64,000 nt of DNA from positions 3,872,001 through 3,936,000 of the forward strand of contig OZ242214.1 in NCBI GenBank assembly GCA_965206595.1. Direction: 5' to 3'. Each line of letters opens with the position of its first letter. The stretch's first letter is position 1. A program made the translations under genes and the position numbers. A model generated the notes under the pieces. That model was not told the DNA's origin, made no database searches, and saw only the letters and a program-made list of their open reading frames with translations. Below, in pieces: positions 59,861 through 64,000 of the stretch. This stretch comes from Candidatus Latescibacterota bacterium (GTDB taxonomy: Bacteria; Latescibacterota; UBA2968; UBA8231).

Positions 59861-60961
59861 CTACCACGTGAAGGTGAAGATTCTGACCGCGTGCCGGCGC
59901 CGCTCGGGTTTGCTGACCGGGGCCTTGTACTGCTCGGGCACGTTTGACCAGCCTTCGTAGATGACCCCGTCGAAGTAGAAGCGCTGCGTCGTGCCGGGCT
60001 TCGTGGTCGGGCTGCCCGTCGCCGAGAGCACGTAGGAACGCTCCGGCGGGCGCGGGCCGGTTTGATCGACGCGAGGCACGTACTCGCTGCTACCGTCGCC
60101 GTCGACGTCCGCTTGAATCCAGTCGAGGTGGAACAGGCGATGGTAGGTGCGGTCGGCGATCATGCCGCGCAGCCCGGCATTGAACCGCGAGATGATCGAC
60201 TCGGCGTCCGGAAGCGAGCGGCGGACGGCGAGGTGAAGCGAGCGTGTGAGCAGAGGCGTCGAGCCGAACGCCAGCCGCGTTCGAGCTTCTTCTCCGTAGT
60301 TGGTGATGATGTACTGGACGACCACGTCGTCCATCAGCGTGTAGTCCACCTCGCCGTTGAGGAGTTTTGCGACGCTGTCCTCTTCGCCGGTCGAGCCAAC
60401 GATGATCAGCCCGTCCGTCGTCTCGACTGCCTCGCCATACACGTACCCGGCGACCAGGGCGATCCGCTTGCCGGCGAGGTCGGCCAGCGAGGTCGCCGAC
60501 ACGTCGCTGCCCTGCCGCCCGACGAGGATCAACCGGTTCCAGAGATACGGCTGCGAGTAAATCAGCACCGGTTCGCGCTCCGCGTACTTCCACACGGCCG
60601 CGCTTCCGTCGAACTCGCCGCTCAGCAGTGAGGAAGTAAACCTGGCCTCGTCCACGATGACAGTTTCGGCGCTGATCCCCGCGCGTCGGAGAGCCTCGCC
60701 GACCAGATCGAGGGCGAACCGAGGCTCTCCTGGCGCGTTGGTGAACGGCGACCACACAGTCGACACGAGCCGCAACTGCCGACTCGCCAGGGTGAGACGG
60801 TCCCCGCGCGCGGTGCCTGAAGCGGATGTAGATGCCAGACTGTCCGCGGCGTCCACGTCGGAATCGACCGCGGCGTCTTTCCGCACGAGCGTTGCCACCG
60901 CAAAAAACAAACCGCTGAAGACCAGAAACCCTATCAGGAGTTTGTTACCCTGGCTGCCCAT
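59861..60961 (-). CDS. Family-3 solute-binding-domain protein with an N-terminal TM anchor
   Basis: Motifs WSPFT, GEFDGSAAVWKYAERE..YSQPY, DLAGKRIALVAGYVYG and KLLNGEVD, plus a DVDGDG motif. Confidence 0.8.
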   Translation of the reverse strand: MGSQGNKLLIGFLVFSGLFFAVATLVRKDAAVDSDVDAADSLASTSASGTARGDRLTLASRQLRLVSTVWSPFTNAPGEPRFALDLVGEALRRAGISAETVIVDEARFTSSLLSGEFDGSAAVWKYAEREPVLIYSQPYLWNRLILVGRQGSDVSATSLADLAGKRIALVAGYVYGEAVETTDGLIIVGSTGEEDSVAKLLNGEVDYTLMDDVVVQYIITNYGEEARTRLAFGSTPLLTRSLHLAVRRSLPDAESIISRFNAGLRGMIADRTYHRLFHLDWIQADVDGDGSSEYVPRVDQTGPRPPERSYVLSATGSPTTKPGTTQRFYFDGVIYEGWSNVPEQYKAPVSKPERRRHAVRIFTFTW

Positions 60962-61925
60962 GATCCATAATCCTTTCCAACTCCACTTTGTCGGTATGTC
61001 CCCCGGCGCTTTTTTCAAGCGCTGCGGTGAAGGCGGCCGGATCCGTTTTTTTCTTCAGCCGAACGTCAAACTCGACAATCGCAGCGCCCTCTTCATGTTT
61101 TACAATCCCAATCTGCTCCCAGCGCGTGGCATAGGTCGGCAGGAGCGCAACAGCGGCCTCCTGCGCCCCCTTGATCTGCGTCGTGTGTAGCCTGAGCCTG
61201 GCATTGTACGGTTTGGGGTCTTTACCCGCCTTTGCCCCGCTCGCACCTCGTCCTCGTGGCGGAGCCTGCACTTGACGGCGGTCTTTACCCGCCTGGGCAA
61301 AGCTCACACCGGTCGACCCCTCCTTGGCCGAACGCACCAACCTGAACCCGGACATGACCGCAGGCTCTGCTCCCCAGTTCATGCGCCAGACGCCGAGTGC
61401 AACGGTATTGAAAGCCACCGATGCCAGGATCGCCACTGAACCGTACTGGATACCGGCCGCCAACCCGATGCCAATGACGATGAACATGTAGGTGGCATCC
61501 ATGGGTTCGTTCAACGACGTGCGAAAGCGAACCGCAGCGACAATGCCCGCGAGACTGAAGGCGAGGGCGACACTGTCCTTGACGAGAAACACGACGAGGG
61601 CAATCGCAATGGGCACGACGAGGAGGGTCTGGGCAAAGGCCTGGCTGTATTTCTTGCGGGGCCGGGTCCAGCGATACACCCAGGTCACGGGCAGGGCGAA
61701 GAGAAACGAAAACAGCAGGGACGTCGACACTGGCACAAACATCTGGGTCAGTCCCGCATCAGGCTCGGGTTGCTCGAACTGCCGGGATGACAAAGGGTCG
61801 GATCCAATTCTCTCTGCCATGTCTTGTTCCTGGAAGATCCCTGGAAGCAACTCCCAAAGACCTCCGAAAAAAAGGAATGTGGCAAGATAGTGAACCACGA
61901 GACGGACGATTATGTTGTCGAGCAT
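60945..61925 (-). CDS. DUF4956-family (MgtC/SapB-like) membrane protein
   Basis: YSQAFAQTLLVVP...VKDSVALAFSLAGIVAAVRFRTSL.EP.DATYMF..IGIGLAAG. Confidence 0.88.
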   Translation of the reverse strand: MLDNIIVRLVVHYLATFLFFGGLWELLPGIFQEQDMAERIGSDPLSSRQFEQPEPDAGLTQMFVPVSTSLLFSFLFALPVTWVYRWTRPRKKYSQAFAQTLLVVPIAIALVVFLVKDSVALAFSLAGIVAAVRFRTSLNEPMDATYMFIVIGIGLAAGIQYGSVAILASVAFNTVALGVWRMNWGAEPAVMSGFRLVRSAKEGSTGVSFAQAGKDRRQVQAPPRGRGASGAKAGKDPKPYNARLRLHTTQIKGAQEAAVALLPTYATRWEQIGIVKHEEGAAIVEFDVRLKKKTDPAAFTAALEKSAGGHTDKVELERIMDHGQPG

Positions 61926-62099
61926 ATCAGCCCCTTTCATCACATGTTATGTTTCACTTTCAATGTTGACAAAGAGAATCTTGCTGAGTACCGGAACGGA
62001 CAGAATGGTGAATCACGGTGGGTGAAGCAAGCCCACCACGATGGCCACGCCAATAGAGGGGCCAAGCCCCTGCGTTCACTCTGCGCGGCCTGCGGCGGC

Positions 62100-62186
62100 G
62101 GCCGCCAAAGCCAGTGAGAACAGTAAGGAGCGGAGCTTTACTTCACACTTTCTCCTTTCGCATAACCCCCGCATCGCGGGGCTTTC
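62100..62186. repeat. Diverged direct repeat, copy 2
   Basis: Matches 54855-54944. The minus strand encodes KLRSLLFSLALAAAAAG here and KLRSLLLPLALAAAQG in copy 1. Confidence 0.75.
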
Positions 62187-62316
62187 GAAACCTGCGCGCC
62201 GAACCGCTCATACCGCCGCGCCAGCCGCCCCGGGTCAGGCTCCCACTCGTGTCGGTCGCCGCAGCTGGCCGGCTCACCTTGGCTCGATCTTTCCGTTGTA
62301 GATTGAAAACGGCAGG

Positions 62317-62625
62317 TCAGTCTCTGACGCCAAAGAGGATCTTGTACAGCACCGGCACGAACAACAAGGTGATCACCGTGGCAAAGAGCAGGCCCACCAT
62401 GATGGCCACGGCCATCGGCTCCCACATCAGGCCGCCGCCGAAGTAGAGGGGAACGAGCCCCAGGGTGGTGGTGCAGGTGGTCAACAGGATGGGGCGGAAA
62501 CGCTGTTGAGCCGCAGCGACAATCGCATCGACGCATGCCCGTCCCGACCGTTCCTGTTCGATTTGTATGCGGTCCAGGAGAACGATGGCGTTGTTGATGA
62601 CGATGCCCGCCAGGGAGATCAATCC
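62317..62625 (-). pseudogene. C-terminal fragment of an RND (AcrB-family) efflux permease
   Basis: GLISLAGIVINNAIVLLD...RFRPILLTT.TT.LGLVPL...PMAVAIMVGL. Only about the last 100 aa remain. Confidence 0.9.
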
Positions 62626-63974
62626 GTCGCCAGGTTCAGCACGACGTCCAGCGCCACCAGGTCGGCCCGATGGCGTGCGGCCTCGGCGAGGTACCGCTGG
62701 ATTTCCATGTTGGCCAGGACCGGCTCGGAAAACAGCACCTGCTGCACGCTACCGGTGCCCTTTCCGGTGCGCTCCGGCTGTTGGCCGAAGGCGCGCTCCG
62801 CGGCCTCCGGGTCGATCTGCAGCAGGGTGGCCGAAGTCTCCACGGCAGGCAGCAGGGACGACCTTGCCCGGCGCATCTCCTGGGCGGCCAGATCGACGTT
62901 GCTCCTTTCGATGCGCAGGTCGAGGTTGCTCCGCAGGCCCTCCGCGATGATCTCCTGCAAACTCAAGCGCCGATCCCCGGCCGGTTCGTCGGTTTTGAGG
63001 AAGCGGGCGGAAAAAAGCGTTTCGAAAGAGAGGTCGAGGCCGATCTTCCGGACCGTTGCCGCGTTCAGAACCCATTGGTCGTCGCGATTGCGCTGCACGG
63101 GCATCGCCGCCAACTCCTCCCCCAGGGCGACTCCCTCGACGGTCAGGGCAAGGCTGCGGACGATCTGGTCCCGGCCGTTCTGGTCGCCGATGCACCCCAT
63201 CATCCCCGCATCCACATAAGACCGGCTCATGGCAAAGGAGGGGAGCTTGCGCCCGGCAATGGCCGCGGCCAGCTGGGCGACTTCGTCGGACCGGCGCTCG
63301 AAAACCATCGTCAGGTAAACCGCGTCGACCGCGTCGCTCAGCACCGGGAGGGGGGCTTCCGCCCCCCAGAAAACCAGCTCCACCTCGGCTCCGTACGGTT
63401 CTGCCAGGCGTTGGAAGAAACCCTCGAAATCCAGCCTGCCTTTCAGGGTCTCACTGACGATGGCGGCGAGATGCGAAAAGGGATGGATGCGGTGGAACGC
63501 CTCCAGGTCCTTTTCGACCGCATGGGTACCGAGGACGTAGGTAAAGTTGGGCACCCCGGATACGCCGGGCTCGACCATCGGCATCCGCTGCAGTTCCACG
63601 TCGAGGATTCCCACGGCGATCGTCGGTTTGGGCAGTTCGTCCAGGGCGGCCAGCATCGCCGCGCTTGCCGGCCCCACGGAAATGATCAGATCGACCGCGG
63701 GATCGGTCGCCAGGGACAGGTAGTCCGCGCGCCCCGCGCCGAAACGCAGGTGCTCCGGGAGGAATTGAACCGACTTGCCGGCCCCCAGCACCTTGTGGAT
63801 TTCCTCCCTCAGGAAGTCCAGATCGCTTGCGGAATCGGTTTCACCGGGCTCGGAATCGAGCAACAGCCCGATGTAGAGATCGCTCTCCTCCCTCTGCGCG
63901 CACGCCGGCGCCACCGGCAGCGCCAGGCCGATTGCCAGAACCGCGGATACGGCTGTTCTCAGCATCCAGTCCAC
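62619..63974 (-). pseudogene. Substrate-binding-domain + TolC-like outer-membrane efflux protein, C-terminally truncated
   Basis: Signal peptide and an ABC-substrate-binding-like domain (VLNAATVRKIGL). The TolC start (LSLQEIIAEGLRSNLDL...ARSSLLP) ends abruptly at the AcrB fragment. Confidence 0.75.
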
Positions 63975-64000
63975 TCCAACGGGAACGCGGGAAGACGGAC

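Overview
High-GC bacterial window. Its gene families (PhyH paralogues, a DUF6785-like membrane protein, a giant Calx-beta autotransporter) resemble those of host- or sponge-associated Latescibacterota/Gemmatimonadota-like genomes; this taxonomy is inference only. In order: (1) a metabolic block with a metallophosphoesterase end, TonB receptor, RsmB/NOP methyltransferase, propeller hydrolase and PhyH; (2) a lower-GC two-gene module, a TIR-X-ABC ATPase fusion plus a DUF4276 TOPRIM-like protein, beside a degenerate tRNA-fMet 3' fragment; (3) duplicated REC-PAS histidine kinases and a sigma54 enhancer-binding protein; (4) a 27-kb, 9019-aa repetitive adhesin/autotransporter whose promoter is a diverged twin of the kinase/bEBP sigma54 promoter; (5) decayed hicAB modules, a DMFase-beta-like protein, an outer-membrane protein and a GH29-like protein; (6) a DUF4956 / solute-binding protein / SdiA-regulated propeller / kinase-like Omp85 cluster; (7) a deleted RND efflux operon. 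Many accessory genes show internal deletions while the 27-kb ORF is fully open. All family calls come from motif recognition by eye; no searches were run.
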